Program-made: the position numbers and the translations under genes
Part shown: positions 1 through 14,094 of the stretch, one piece after another
Layout of the letters: each line of letters begins with the position of its first letter
Position numbering within the stretch: the stretch's first letter is position 1
Assembly (NCBI GenBank): GCA_951406725.2
Contig: OX597815.1
Span: forward strand, 20,336,001-20,400,000
Direction: 5' to 3'
Length of the DNA: 64,000 nucleotides
Source: Octopus vulgaris
Lineage: Eukaryota
The notes under the pieces: generated by a model
Database searches by the model: none
What the model saw: the letters and a program-made list of their open reading frames with translations, nothing else
What the model was told of the DNA's origin: nothing

Positions 1-926
1 ACATTAGAGAAACAAAACTTTAGTTTCATCATTGTAAAATACATGCTGATTATTATGGTCAGTCTGGTCCACTTCATAACTACCATCTTTAGATTTTCTC
101 AGTATGGCTGCATACAAACATTTGTTTTCATATTTTGATTTTCCAAAAAGCAAAATATCTATTCCAGCTATTTTCAGTGAGGCATTTAATAAATGGAATG
201 TTTCACATGTCTGAGATCCATTATCCAGTTTTAACAGAATTCAACTGCTAAAATATTGTTCAGTTTTTTTCATGATCCACACGTATATGCATATGTGGAA
301 CTTTGGGCAAGTGTCTTCTACTATAGCTTCAGGCCTTGGTTGCTGGAAACTAAAAGCCTGCTGTATATGTGTACGTGTATATGGGTGTGCGTGAGTGTTT
401 GTGCCTCCTTGTCTTGATGTTGTGTGATAGTTGTAGATGAGAGTCTCTGTCATGCAAGCGATGTTATTCATTTCCAATATCCCATGAAAATATGTCAGGC
501 CATGGAGAGACAACCAGAGTTCGACAACAAAAGGACACCCAGCTGTTGAAAATCTGCTTCAGTAAACTCCATCCAGCCTATACAAGCACGGAAAAGTGGA
601 TGTTGAAATTTATATATATATACTAGCCGACCACGTGCCATCAATAATGACAGCTAATTGTAGTATCTTATATATAATGTTCAAAATAAGGTACATAATA
701 ATCACACATACAAACATTCACATACTTCCCTTGTACACGCACACACAGAGTTGAAACGGTGATTTTTTTTTTTTTTCATCCCTTCCTTATTTATCTATCA
801 CTCCTTCATTTCTCACGTTGCTATTACTTTCTCTCACTTCCTCTCAGCCAAGGCTATTACTCTTACTATTTCTCCTTCACTGAATTACTATTTTCTTTCC
901 TCCTCCACATCTGACGTGATTCTGGA

Positions 927-977
<51 letters not shown>

Positions 978-1023
978 TAATAATATAAATACATATATGT
1001 ACATATATATATATATACACGCA

Positions 1024-1920
1024 TATATGGGTACAGGACACCCAAAAAAAACGTCGAACACAATGAGATACGAAAACATAAACACAAAACCAAGGAACTG
1101 GACATTTTTCTTAAATAACAAAAAAATAGAGTACAGGACAAATAACACAAGGAAAATTCCCCTTCTTCAGTCGCCATGGTTTCATCTACTCTGCGTTTCG
1201 AAGGTGAAGGCAATACGCATCTTCGATAGAAACTTTCCTTCCCGCGAAAAGCAAATTAAATAAAATTATATATATATAAGGCACAGGAGTGGCTGTGTGG
1301 TAAGTAGCTTGCTAACCAACCACATGGTTCTGGGTTCAGTCCCACTGCGTGGCATCTTGGGCGTCTTCTGCTATAGCCCCAGGCCTACCAATGCCTTGTG
1401 AGTGGATTTGGTAGACGGAAACTGAAAGAAGCCTGTGGTATATATGTATATATGTGTGTTTGTGTGTCTGTGTTTGTCCCCCTAGCATTGCTTGACAACC
1501 GATGCTGGTGTGTTTATGTCCCCGTTACTTAGTGGTTCGGCAAAAGAGACCGATAGAATAAGTACTGGGCTTACAAAAGAATAAGTCCCGGGGTCGAGTT
1601 GCTTGACTAAAGGCGGTGCTCCAGCATGGCCGCAGTCAAATGACTGAAACAAGTAAAAGAGAAAGCGAAAAGAAATATATGGGTACAGGACACCCAAAAA
1701 AACGTCAAACACAATGAGAAACGAAAACATAAACACAAAACCAAGGAACTGGACATTTTTCTTAAATAACAAAAAAATAGAGTACAGGACAAATAACACA
1801 AGGAAAATTCCCCTTCTTCAGTCGCCATGGTTTCATCTACTCTGCGTTTCGAAGGTGAAGGCGATACGCATCTTCGATAGAAACTTTCCTTCTCTCGAAA
1901 AGCAAATTAAATAAAATTAT
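1024..1920. repeat. Direct repeat of about 245 bp (about 1024-1268 and 1676-1920) flanking a SINE
   Basis: Both copies run ATATATGGGTACAGGACACCC...GCAAATTAAATAAAATTA with only a handful of differences. Confidence 0.9.
1280..1662 (+). mobile_element. tRNA-derived CORE-type SINE (octopus OR-like), young copy
   Basis: tRNA-like head TGGCTGTGTGG...GGTTCAGTCCC, internal TA/TG microsatellite, AGTAAAAGA tail. Near-identical to four other copies in the window. Confidence 0.85.
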
Positions 1921-2290
1921 ATCATCATCATCATCATCGTTTAACGTCCGTTCTCCATGCTAGCATGGGTTGGACGGTTCAACTGGGGTCTTGGAAGCCC
2001 GAAGGCTGCACCAGGCTCATCTGGCAATGTTTCTACAGCTGGATGCCCTTCCTAACGCCAACCACTCCGTGAGTGTAGTGGGTGCTTTTTACGTGCCACC
2101 TGCACAGGTGCCAAGGGAGGCTGGCAACGGCCACGGTCAGATTGGTGCAATTTACGTGCCACTGGCATGGTAGCCAGTCGAGGCGGCGCTGGCATCGGCC
2201 ACGATTCGGATAGTGCTTTTTACGTACCACCAGTCCAGGGGTCCTGGCATCTGCCGGGTGCCAGTCATAGGATTGGTTCAATTTCGATTA
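1921..2290 (-). mobile_element. 5'-truncated 3' end of an RTE-type LINE with (GAT)n tail; representative of about 30 copies in the window
   Basis: Shared core CTGGATGCCCTTCCTAACGCCAACCACTCC. Approximate other starts: 4240, 5770, 10770, 16190, 19672, 25657, 28356, 36720, 38812, 39997, 42309, 50860, 55195, 56275, 57045, 58192, 61790, 62545, 63208. Confidence 0.85.
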
Positions 2291-4932
2291 TATATATATA
2301 TAAACACTAGGCTCATTATTATATTAGGAGATGAGGAGCATCAAGATTGTGTGGTTAAGTTTGCTCCTCAACCACATCATTTCAGGTTCAGCTTCACTTC
2401 CTGGTATCTTAAACAAATGCCCTCTACCCTAGCCCTAAGCTGACTGAAGCCTTGTGAGCAAATGGAAACTGAAAGAAACCTGTCATATGGGTGTTTGTGT
2501 CTTCCTTAGTTGATGTTTCACCAGACCTTTTCAGTCATGATTGGAGACACCCAAAACCTGTCCTGTTACAGCACATCAACATAGGAAGAGAGGTGGTATA
2601 CAAAATATGGAAAATAGGGTTTTTCAGGCTTTGAGTAATTTTCTCAACAGTAAAGCATTTCCTTAAGCTAGCTGATAGCCATTTTGTAAAGCAATGCAAT
2701 TTTTTCTCTTTTTGTTGACGAGTTATTAGTCATTATCATTGAATCAGTTCTGTGTTTTATTTTCTTGAATCCAATTGTTTCCTTGCAAGTCATGATGATA
2801 ATGTTCTTTAGTTGATTTCCTGTGTTCTATGTTTGGTAGGATTTGTTTTTGAAATCTTTGTTGCTCTGTTGAAGGATGTCAAGCTTAAATTTCTGGCATG
2901 TTCTAAATTTGATCTTATGAGCTAAATCTTTCGTGTTGGACAAACCTGGATGATGGTCTGTCCAGCACTCAATGGCACCAGTAACAGTTCCTGTTTACAA
3001 TTGATCCCAAGATAGTACAATGACAGTTAATGAGATGTCAGTATTCAGAGTATTGAAATTTTCAGAAGATTTTATTCCTATTTTACTAACAAAATTTTGT
3101 TTGTAATCACCAGATTGTGTTCAGTACACCTGATAAAGAGGAGTGCTCTATTGGACTTGCCAACTCTTCATTTGTTGATTAATTGAGTTCTGAACTTGTG
3201 ATTTTTTTTATTATGGTTGGGGATGGAAGAGAGGTTTACATTGGGTGTAGAAATTTATTTTTTAACATCGTCTTTTGTATTCAAAGTATGAGCATAAATG
3301 CTGTTGCTGGCATAATGGTTCCTGACCCGGATGGATTTGCAGATTCATGAGATATTTGTTAATTCCCAATTGGTGCACTCTGAGCTTAAGTAGGTCGTTA
3401 GTGACACTAATGTCTATTCTGTGGCTCCTCAGTTGTTTGGGGTCAAATTTTCCAGGAAAAACAAACTTGATCACGCTATTCCTTTTGCTTCTCTTCATTT
3501 CTCTAGTCACACTCAGAACAATGATGTCAAAAATATTTTCAAGCTAAAACGGTAGTTCACTCTTGTCATTCTGATTTTAGTTTGTCCATCAGAGTTCATA
3601 TTTCAAAGTTCCAAATTTCATAGTTTTGCCTTTTAATGTTTTTTTGACTACAGAGTGCAATCATTTTGGATGAAGCAAATTTTTTAGAGCACCTTCTGTA
3701 TCTCCTTGCCTGTTCAAAGTGGACAGAGTAGATCGTAAATAGGGTCACTCATACTTTAATACTGCTACTGAACAACTTCGCTAATTGTGTTCAAAAGTGG
3801 AAATACTAAAACACACATTCATAGTTTTCATGCCAGTTCTTGATGAGGAGTTTCCTAACTATATTTGCCTGCTCCTGGTTCCCTTCTTCAATTACCGAAA
3901 GGCTTGTATAGCTTGTGTTGGTCCATAGAATGATGATGCCAGTTTGTTTGTTTGTGTGCTTGTTGCTGTACTTTAAGAAGCACATGGTCAACCAACTAAA
4001 TCCATTGGAAAGGACTTTCTAACAGGAATGGACGGAACTACAACAGCTTTCTTTGTCTTCACAATTATTAAGTCCAAGATAACATTGGATCTTAAATCTG
4101 TCATTGAAGTCTTGCAGGCTGCTGGTCAAATCAGTCTTAGTCAGGACTAGTGATTCTCAAAACTCTTTGATTTCATGGCATACTGGTGATGAAACAAAGC
4201 AATTATTGCTGCACTTCCGTGGAAAGTTCAAAATTATTGTCATCATTGTCGTTTAATGTCTGCTTTCCATGCTAGCATGGGTTAGATGATTTGACTGAAG
4301 TCTGGTGAACCAGATGGCTGCACTAGACTCCAATCTGATCTGGCAGAGTTTCTACAGCTGGATGCCCTTCCTAACGCCTACCACTCCGAGAGTGTAGTGG
4401 GTGCTTTTACGTGCCACCGGCATGAGGGCCAATCAGGTGGTACTGGCAATGGCCACGCTCAAATGGTACCCTTTTTATGTGCCACCTGCACAGTAGCCAG
4501 TCCAGCGGCACTGGCAACAATCTTGCTCGAATGTCATCTACATAGAATTTTGAAAAAACCTTATAAATTTGAGGATTTAGAAAAAATATGCTGACTTGTT
4601 GTTCATTTATATTAGGTTTGTGCATATCAAGTAACGACATGAAAACTGCGAATAGAATATTTTCAGAATGCTCCAGTATTAGTATAAATTTTCTAAAGCC
4701 TTAAATTACATTTTTAAAAATCCATAGTGCATCTCACCCCTTGTTGTGCATTCTTTGAGAAACATTGATCTGGACCTGCAGTCTCAAGCTTACCCTATAT
4801 GTAATAATGTTAATGTTTCCTATGGCAATGCCCTCAGAATGTTGGGAACATGCAAGCTTCTTCATTTGTGTCTGTATGTATGTATACATATATATCATAC
4901 ATTATATGCATATATACATATGTGTATACATA

Positions 4933-4975
<43 letters not shown>

Positions 4976-5078
4976 TCAGGCGGTGCTATTAAGTTAGACA
5001 TGGCCTGGACCAATCTTTGGTCAAAACATATCTAAGTTTATATATATATATATAAATAAGACTGGCTGTATTCATGAA

Positions 5079-5110
<32 letters not shown>

Positions 5111-6039
5111 GTGTATATATGTCATATACACGCACACATGCATGCTTGAAGATAGGTATCTATGTATGTATCATCATAATTTTATGTCTGTTTTTCATGC
5201 TAGCTTGGGTTGGACGTTTGGACAGTATCCAATGGATTTGTGGACCACATCATATATATATATATAGTATACAAATTTTGAATTTGAGGCAGCTCAAGTT
5301 ATGTAAACTTAATGTTGCATAGTTTAATATCTGCTGTAGTATTTCATTGAGGAATAACTCCCTTTCCAGAAGTGCACCTCCAGAGTGATTCATTTTGCAG
5401 ACAGTATAATAATAACTTTGTTACAATTTCTGTATCTTTAAATTAGTTTTTAAGAGCATTTGTAACCCAACATTCATGCTTCCAAGGTGAATGTATAAAC
5501 TGCAAACAATTTTTCCTACACCACAGTTGTGAACAACCCAGCACAGGGGGAAACTCAGTGGACTGTCAACCTCTTATGAAACTGACATAGGTATCCACGG
5601 TATCAAACATATGAGTTATGTATCAGATAATGACTGGACTACATAAAATATATTTTTAACACATTTCATGACTCTTACATTTTGATATGCATGTAAATAT
5701 ATGTACATTCATATGTTTTGGTGTGTGTATAAATGATGATGATCTATATACCTCTCTCTCTCATATATATCATCATCATCATTTAGCGTCCGCTTTCCAT
5801 GCTAGCATGGGTTGGACGGTTTGACTGGGGTCTGGGAAGCCAGAAGGCTGCACCAGGCCCAGTCTGGTCTGGCAATGTTTCTACGGCTGGATGCCCTTCC
5901 TAATGCCAACCACTCCATGAGTGTAGTGGGTGCTTTTTACGTGCCAGACGGGGCTGGCAAACGGCCACAGTCGGATGGTGCTGTTTACGTGCCACCAGCA
6001 CGAAAAAAAAAAAAGAAACAAAAAATATAATTGTAAACT

Positions 6040-6600
6040 GCTGTGACTTACTTCAATGACGGCACGAACATTTCTGCAGTTGAAGAGGCGACCTTTGGAT
6101 TGAGGACATCGTTGTCGAGAAAAGCCTGGAATATATATATATATATTCTTTGGCTATCTGTTGTAGATCAACTGTTCTTGTTTGGTAATTGTTTCTGGCA
6201 GGTTTGCATGTGGGATACCCGACCTGGTCTTGATCTGCATCAACAATGAAACCTGCTGCAAGTGAAGCTGCTTTATGCAATGGAGAAGTGATTCCTCCCA
6301 TGTACTCTTTTGTATTCTCTCAGTTGTTTTTCTTCAATGGCTGGAATTATAAGCTTCAGCAATCGGTGCCATTCATCGTGCTGCAGGGCCTTCTCTTCCC
6401 AGCGTTTTGGGGAGATGCTAGGTATCTCTTCAGCACATACCTGTATTGTAGCCTCTGGTATCATGACTTCACCTGCCCTGATGTGGTTCAGCAAGAAAAC
6501 AGCCTTTGGGAACCTGCTTCCCTCCATCCTGCAAACATGTTCTGCCCAGTGCAATTGTGATGAGGTAATGAAGGCCTCCACACTAACTGTGCCAGCATGG
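6040..6600 (-). mobile_element. Decayed RTE-clade LINE, ORF C-terminus
   Basis: SQLHWAEHVCRMEGSRFPKAVF resembles the RTE motif LRWxGHVxRMxxxRxPK. Confidence 0.7.
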
Positions 6601-7224
6601 CACAGGACCTCTGCATCAGGAACGGGATGTATATATTATTCACTTCATCTGCATCTTCAATATATCTTGGCAGTCCTACAGGTCATTCTTTCCTTCCCTA
6701 CTAAATGTGAGTAGCTACACAGCTCTTCTACAAGAACCTACTTTTCCCCCTTTCCCACTGTACCCCATATACCCTTTTCATAACACAGCCCTGCTCTTCT
6801 CTTGTAGTTTGTAGTCTTGTGTGCTACCTGACTGTCTCACTAGTGCTGGTGGCATGAAAAAGCACTCAGTACATACAGTAAGGTGGTTAGTATTAGGAAG
6901 GGCATCCAGTTGTAGAAACCATGTTGAAGTAGACACTGGCACACACATTCCAATGTTGACTGTCTGCTCTGAGTTTCACCCTTAGTTGCATTGTCTATAA
7001 CTGGTCCACAGTTGTGAACAGTCTATGTAAGGAAGTGACTCTAAGGAGATTGTCAACTTTGATATATATATATATATGTGTCTATCCATTCAACACAACA
7101 TATTGAGTACTATTTCTGGTACTGTTTGTGCTATCATCATTGTTCAACGTCCTCCTTCCATGCTAGCCTGGGTGGGATAAAAATATATTTGTGCTCTATT
7201 TTGCTACTGTTATATATATGTATA

Positions 7225-9950
7225 CTAGCAGAGGCATCCGGTATTGCCCAGGAATGAAATTGTTTCTTATGTATTGGAATAAAAAAAAAGAGGAAAATAT
7301 GTTGTATAGAAATTTGTTCTTCTAAATTCAATTTATTCTTCAATTGAGAAATCAATTCTGAATTCATAATATAAAATAATAATAATAATAATAATAATAA
7401 ATGAAAATACAAAATTTATTACTTTTATGAAAGGAGATAAATTGTCACATATGTTGAAGGAAATTATATGAGAGCTTCTGGATAAACAGCATTCTTTGTT
7501 TCCTGGTTTGGAGCATAGACAAATGAGTCTTGCAAAATACCAACCCTGGAGCAACCAACATAAAACTGCAAAGTCTGACCTTGAGCTTTATTAATAGGCA
7601 TCGCAAAGCAAAGTTGCACTGGAAATTCTGTTCATTTGAACTCAAATGGCATGTCTGTTGGTTTGATTGACATTCTTTGTATGAAAATCTTCCCCAGAGG
7701 CGCATCCAGTAATAATGGTAGCTTCTAACATATTAGGTGATAATGTCTTCACAACCAGCCTTGTCCCATTGCATAATTTAGGAGGATCTAAATTTCTTAG
7801 AAGCATTATTAGGACTCCTACCTTCAGAAAAAGTTTATGTGGTGAAGTTCCAGGTAGCTTCAGAGAATTAAGGAACTCTGTTGGGTAATGGACAGCTTGA
7901 TTTTCATCAAGGACTGAATCAACTGATTTGTACTCCTTAATGACTGTTGGAATCTTATTCATTAATTCATGGTTAATTCTTGCTACTGTGTCATTTTTTT
8001 GAGCAAGAATTGACCTTTCACACAATCATTTATGTGAATTATAATTATTACTTAAGTCTGGAAATACAGTTCAGCTGGGGAATTCACCATGAGCCAAATT
8101 GATATCACTATTCCCATCAAATGGTACTTTCTCATTTCCTAATTGAAGGAGTCAGGTTGAAAACTGCTTTGCACATTGGTCCCCATGTAATAAAGCTTGC
8201 ATATTAATATTGAAGGAGAATTTCTGTACTTTATTCCATAGGTGTGAAGACTTAATGGATGCTTTCATTTCGTCAGATCTTGTTCATCCCGGAATGGCTG
8301 GTAATGTCTGTCTGTAGTCTCCTGATAAAACTAATGTAACTCCTCCTATAAATTAATTGTTGCTTCTTATGTCCTGTAAGGTCTTATCAAAAGCTTCCAT
8401 TGCACCTCTATGTGACATGGTGCATTCATTCCAAATGACCAGGTGGCATTGGCGCAACACTTCTGCTGAATCTGAACCTTTGCTTATGTTACAAATTGGA
8501 CTGTCATTTGTGACCAGGTTTAGTGGTAATTTAAAAGCAGAACAAGCTGTTCCTCCTCCTGGGAGAATGGTGACAGCAAAGCCAGATAATGCTACAACAA
8601 CTGCAATTCTTTTTTGTTGCCTTGCCTTGGAGAGAAGCAATGTTGTCACAAATGTTTTACCTGTGCCACCAAGAGCATCAAAAAAGAAAATTCCTCTGCC
8701 TTTATCTCTGACTGACAAAATAATTTTATTATATGCACAGCATTATTCTGGAAGAAGTTTAGGTTCATGTTCATTCACAAATGCAGCCAACTCTGTGACG
8801 TCATAATTTGTCTCTCTTGCTATTTGTTAAATCATTAATTTGACTGTTTTTAGCAGTCCTGAGCCAGACTCTTGCAAATTTTTGCTTCCCATAACCAAAA
8901 CATGATCCTCAATTTCAATCAGCGCTTAGTTAAAAATTGTTTCAGAGAACTGAATATTGATATTTAGGTTTGCCTGTTGAACTGCATATTTTAAATCCTC
9001 AGCCGTGTCCTCATGATGTTTCATCCAAAGCTGTAAGGGACTGCGAAGTTGACACATGTTCAGTATAATTGCAAAAAGATTACGAAGTTTCCTTGGAGAA
9101 TCTGATACTGATACTTCAGTCAATGCAAGGTCCCAATGCCTATCATTTTCTATAAAAACTTTGTTGATAGCATGCTTTCCTTCAAGTTTCACACATATGA
9201 CCATTTACCCTCCTTGAATTTTCAAATGATTTGGGACCACATACTTCATGCAAAAGGAGCCATAAATAGTAGCATTCTGCTTGGCTTGGGTGGAAACTGT
9301 AAACTCTGGCAAGAGTGTCAGCTCCACGTTTTCTCTTGTGCCATTTATTGTTTCTCCAGGTTAATACTTGAGTAATTGTGAGTAAAAGAGTTTTCTTGCA
9401 TCTTCATCTACTTGCCCCAACAAAAGGCAGTAAGGGTAGTTTCTTTTGGAGAAAGTGCCTGTTGCAAGGCTGTTTGTTTTGTAAAGATAACCCTGTGACC
9501 ATTCTCTAGTTGGACACTCAGATGAATGATGGCTGGGTGCCTCTCATGAATGGAAAAACCGAAGATGCACAAAAAAGCCTCATTGGTACTGATGTATCTT
9601 CCTCTGTCATACTGTGCAACTTTGTCATTTTTATTTATCTCTTGACTGCCATTCTACATAAAAGTTATGTTGCAGCATCTAAACCTTTGTTTATATATTT
9701 GCAAGCATACTTAATAGAGTTAACAGGGTTACAGAATCCCACATTGACTCTGGTTACCTGTACTCATCTTTGCTTCACTATAGAAAACTGATCATCTACA
9801 TCTACCCCATCTCCTCTTGTAGAGAGTGAGAACATTGTTCCAGGAAACATTTTTGAAAATTAAAATGGAGATTAAATGAAAAAATGAGTTACGTTAATAT
9901 CTTCACAAGAGTGATTGAAATACATGGTGATTGTGGAATGCCACACGCAT

Positions 9951-9985
<35 letters not shown>

Positions 9986-10011
9986 CAGTATCAAGCATTA
10001 GATGAAATGGA

Positions 10012-10052
<41 letters not shown>

Positions 10053-10118
10053 ATGAGTGAAGGGGTGTGTTGTCGTGTATACATACATACATAAATAAAT
10101 AAGAATACATCTTTTTTG

Positions 10119-10165
<47 letters not shown>

Positions 10166-10510
10166 ACTTAGTAAATATGAACTTAGTAAATATTTCTTTC
10201 AGTAATTTATTGTAGTTGTTTGCAAATAGCGAATTAAAACTTGAAATGAAAACATTAAGATAGAGAGTGAGAGATTTCGCAAATGAAGAGGGAAAACTTC
10301 ACCATTGTTACACCAATACCGGAAGTTGACATTGAGAAACCTTTTTAAAGAAGTGAATCATATATACAAAGCAATATTACTTATTTTTAATAAAAAATAA
10401 TAAATTGAAGGTCAAATTATTCATGCATCCCAAGTATTGCAGCAATTCGTGCAGCCGTTTTCACTTGAAAAGTGAATACACACACATACAGGTCTATTAT
10501 ATATATATAT
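7225..10510 (-). mobile_element. Decayed Helitron (Rep and PIF1 helicase remnants)
   Basis: Minus-strand 3' end has a GC-rich hairpin then CTAG|T at 7225. Helicase: DALGGTGKTFV (Walker A), YPTEFLNSL, MLLRNLDPPKLCNGTRL. Rep motif SIKYACKYINKG near 9700. Many stops and frameshifts. The 5' boundary is approximate. Confidence 0.9.
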
Positions 10511-10665
10511 ATTTACTTATATCTCTTTGTCTATTTACTCTTACTGTATATTTTGTATAATGCCTTTACTGATATGTAATGGTGTATTAAAGTATTGATT
10601 GGGTATCATCTGATAGTTGATGTTTTATTGATTTAAGTATGTTTCTCCATTCTCTAATTTTGTAG

Positions 10666-10696
<31 letters not shown>

Positions 10697-11057
10697 CCTG
10701 TGTATGTATATATGCATGCATGAGTATATATATATATATATATTTGTGCTTGTACCCCCCCCCTCTCTCTAGCACCATCCATACGTGGCCGATGCCAGCG
10801 CCGCCTTGACTGGCTTCCATGTTGGTGGCATGTAAAAACCCACTAACCGATCGTGGCCGTTGCCAGCCCCTCCTGGCACCTGTGCCGGTAGCACGTATAA
10901 AGCACCCACTGCACTCACGGAGTGGTTGGCGTTAGGAAGGGCATCCAGCTGTAGAAACACTGCCAGATCAGACTGGAGCCTGGTGCAGCCTCCTGGCTTC
11001 CCAGACCCCGGTCGAACCGTCCAACCCATGCTAGCATGGAAAACGGACGTTAAATGA

Positions 11058-11105
<48 letters not shown>

Positions 11106-11911
11106 GTGTATATGTATAATTAGATATTGTTGCTATACTAACATGGTATTATAACTTTAGTTGCATTATTTCCATGCCACTCTGGAGCTGCCTTCTATGT
11201 TCAGGTTTCTAATTCTCTCTAAATTGTCAAAGAATAGAGTTATGTTTATAGTTCTGTAATGAGAAATAATAAGTAAATACATTTTCTGAAGCAGCAATAT
11301 TTACAATGTTATTTCAGGAAATATAGATTCTGTATTGGGAATAGCAGATGCTTTCAATCTGGTTACTATGAAAGATGAAGGATAATACAAAGAAGATTGT
11401 AGCTAATGGTATTGATCTGCATAGATTTTTCTTGATCAGTATGTGAATGTAAAAAAAAAAAAAAAAAAAGGTTTAATAATTTAGTCTTTTGTGAATATGC
11501 AACCACTGATTTCATAGAATGTAGCATGATTAAGCTCAAACTGTATACATATAGTAGGATCATGTATAGATATCTTCTTTATTTATATCATGTAGTTTGT
11601 GAATAATACCATCATTAGTTGTGGGTTTCCAAATGGGTTCATCACTGGTTCATTGCATTTCTGAGTGCATCTCATGTCATCAATGAAGTGTCACTCCAAC
11701 TTACATAATATACATACCACAAAGTAATTTTCTTTGGCACATCACTTTGTTTTCTTGCATGCATGCACACATGCACACACATACACACATTCGTGAAAGG
11801 CTTCGATACAGTTTCCATCAAAAGCATTGGTGAATATGTGATAGAAGGTATCTACCCTTGGTGCTTCATGTTGGAATAGACTCTGCAACTAATTGCTTTC
11901 TTCATCCCATT

Positions 11912-12133
11912 TTTATTTCTTTACTACCCACGAGGGGCTAAACACAGAGAGGACAAACAAGGACAGACAAATGGATTAAGTCGATTTCATCGACCCCAGT
12001 GCATAACTGGTACTTAATTTATTGAAAGGCAAAGTCGACCTTGGCGGAATTTGAACTCAGAACGTAACGGCAGACGAAATACGGCTACGCATTTCTCCCG
12101 ACGTGCTAACGTTTCTGCCAGCTCACTGCCTTA
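11912..12133 (-). mobile_element. tRNA-derived SINE, Meta-domain-like family, with an internal deletion
   Basis: Homologous to 49058-49288 and 59847-60367. Flanking ATCCCATT duplication. Confidence 0.8.
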
Positions 12134-13169
12134 ATCCCATTACCATGCATCTACCACTATCTGTAACAAGATATTTGGTTTGGAAATGGAAAGGGTTACT
12201 GGTTCAAAAAGGTTTTGAAGAGGGGATGTAGATGAGAAAATTCTCAAAGATACGTTATTTTCTAACAAATCAGACTGGAACCTGGTGCGGCTCTCTGGCT
12301 CATCGTCTCCTGTCAAGCCTTCTAACACATGCCAGGATGGAGAGTGGACGTTAAATGATGATGATGATGATATAGCAATAATGCCAAAAATAAGACAAAT
12401 TTTTTTTCTTCTCCTTCGTCACTTTTGGATATATATATTCATTCAAATCTAATCTTTTGGTGACTATATGTCTTCATAAAATTTATCTTTGTTGCTGAAA
12501 TGTTATTAGATTTAAGAACAATTAGGACATCCCCTTTTAGCTTCTCAAACATTATGGTAATTTCACATAAAAATAAATGAAAGTCACAATGGCTAAAATC
12601 AATATCTTAGCTGGTTTTACAAATGAGCAATAATGTACACATTCAGCTATAAAAACCAGACTTTGAGGAAACTAGTGAAAGTCTGTGCTGGCTAAAATTA
12701 TATATTGAAGTTCATGAGTGTCGATAAGTTGGTTATGCTGTGTAGAGGAAGTGAATTCTGACATTTTGGGACTGACCTTTCTCCTGAGAAAGAAAATTGT
12801 TTTTCTCTTTTAGGACAAAGGGTCAATCCCAGAATGTCAGTATCCACTTCTCTGTACAACATACAAAGTATAATAGTGTATTTGGACAACCCATTCTAGT
12901 GGGGTAGTTCAAGAATGAAATTGAGAAATGCATTAACTTGTGCTGCCTCAAGTGGCTGATAACTGCACTATGGTTCTGTTGAGGGGTTTAACAGATGAAA
13001 AAACAGAAAGGTCTTGTATTCCAAGCACTGATACCTCATTTCTTTTTTGAATCTGTGCTTCGTCTTACAAGTTGACAGCCTCCACTGTCGGAACATGTTA
13101 CAAGTTCAACCGAAGGAGCCATTAATATTACAACGAACTAACTATCAAGCCATGAAACAGCATTGACAG

Positions 13170-13605
13170 ACAAAACATGCACACGCACACATACACGCTT
13201 GCACACACATACACGCTTGCACACACATACACGCGTGCACACACATACACACTTGCACACACATACACGCGGTGTGCATGCACACATACACGCGTGCACG
13301 CACACAGCTTGACACAAAAACATTCTGACACACCCACTTGACACATTCTGATGTGCACATACACACACACACACATTGACACATACCAACACACACAAAC
13401 ACACTGACAAACACACACACATACCAACACAAATGCACATCAATATACTAACACTGAAACACATCAATACTCATACAAATGCATGCTACTACATGCACAG
13501 ATACACTGACACACACACTGTCATACAAACAGACACACACCTACACATACACACACCTACACATACACACACCTACACATACACACACCTACACATACAC
13601 ACTCT
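13170..13605. repeat. Compound CA-rich microsatellite/minisatellite
   Basis: GCACACACATACACGCTT units and CACACACCTACACATA units. Confidence 0.9.
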
Positions 13606-14094
13606 TACATTCATAAGCTGTGCAAATAAGTACACCTATAGCATATTTCCTGATTATATTGCATTCATTAGGAAAAGTGTCGGATGTTGTTTAACTGACT
13701 TGTCTAACACATACTGATATCGAACACTGAATAGGAAAAGTGTGTTACACCAGTTTCATCATCTTGCAAGTAACTGTCAATATTCTAAGTTCCTAATTAT
13801 ATTCTATCAATGACCAACTGTCGCTGGCCATACCAGTTTCCATCAGATCAATGAAATATCTCAGCTTGAAACCTGCTTGTCAATAAAACCAGTGTTTTTT
13901 TCCTTTTCTTCGTTGTTTGTCCATCTTTATTTTGGAAACTCATTTAACTAGCTCAACCAAGAGATTTGAACATCTGCTTGAAGATGCTAGATGTCATCTA
14001 GATTGTTAGAGCTTGATAAAATACTAGGTGGGTTCTTATAAACATTTTTTTTTAAAAAGATAGTCCATAAATAATACTAAACAATTCGATAGAT

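Noticed and set aside
888-1263. ORFs with YIYIYI, VCVCVC or HTHTHT runs (also 4746-5322 and 13128-13717)
   Set aside because: These are translations of dinucleotide microsatellites.
1970-2281. Recurrent peptides FLQLDALPNANHS and WLALGRASS suggesting a gene family
   Set aside because: They are readings of the repeated LINE 3' UTR, with no splice or codon evidence.
2600-3990. Possible decayed integrase or transposase on the minus strand
   Set aside because: No motif could be identified with confidence.
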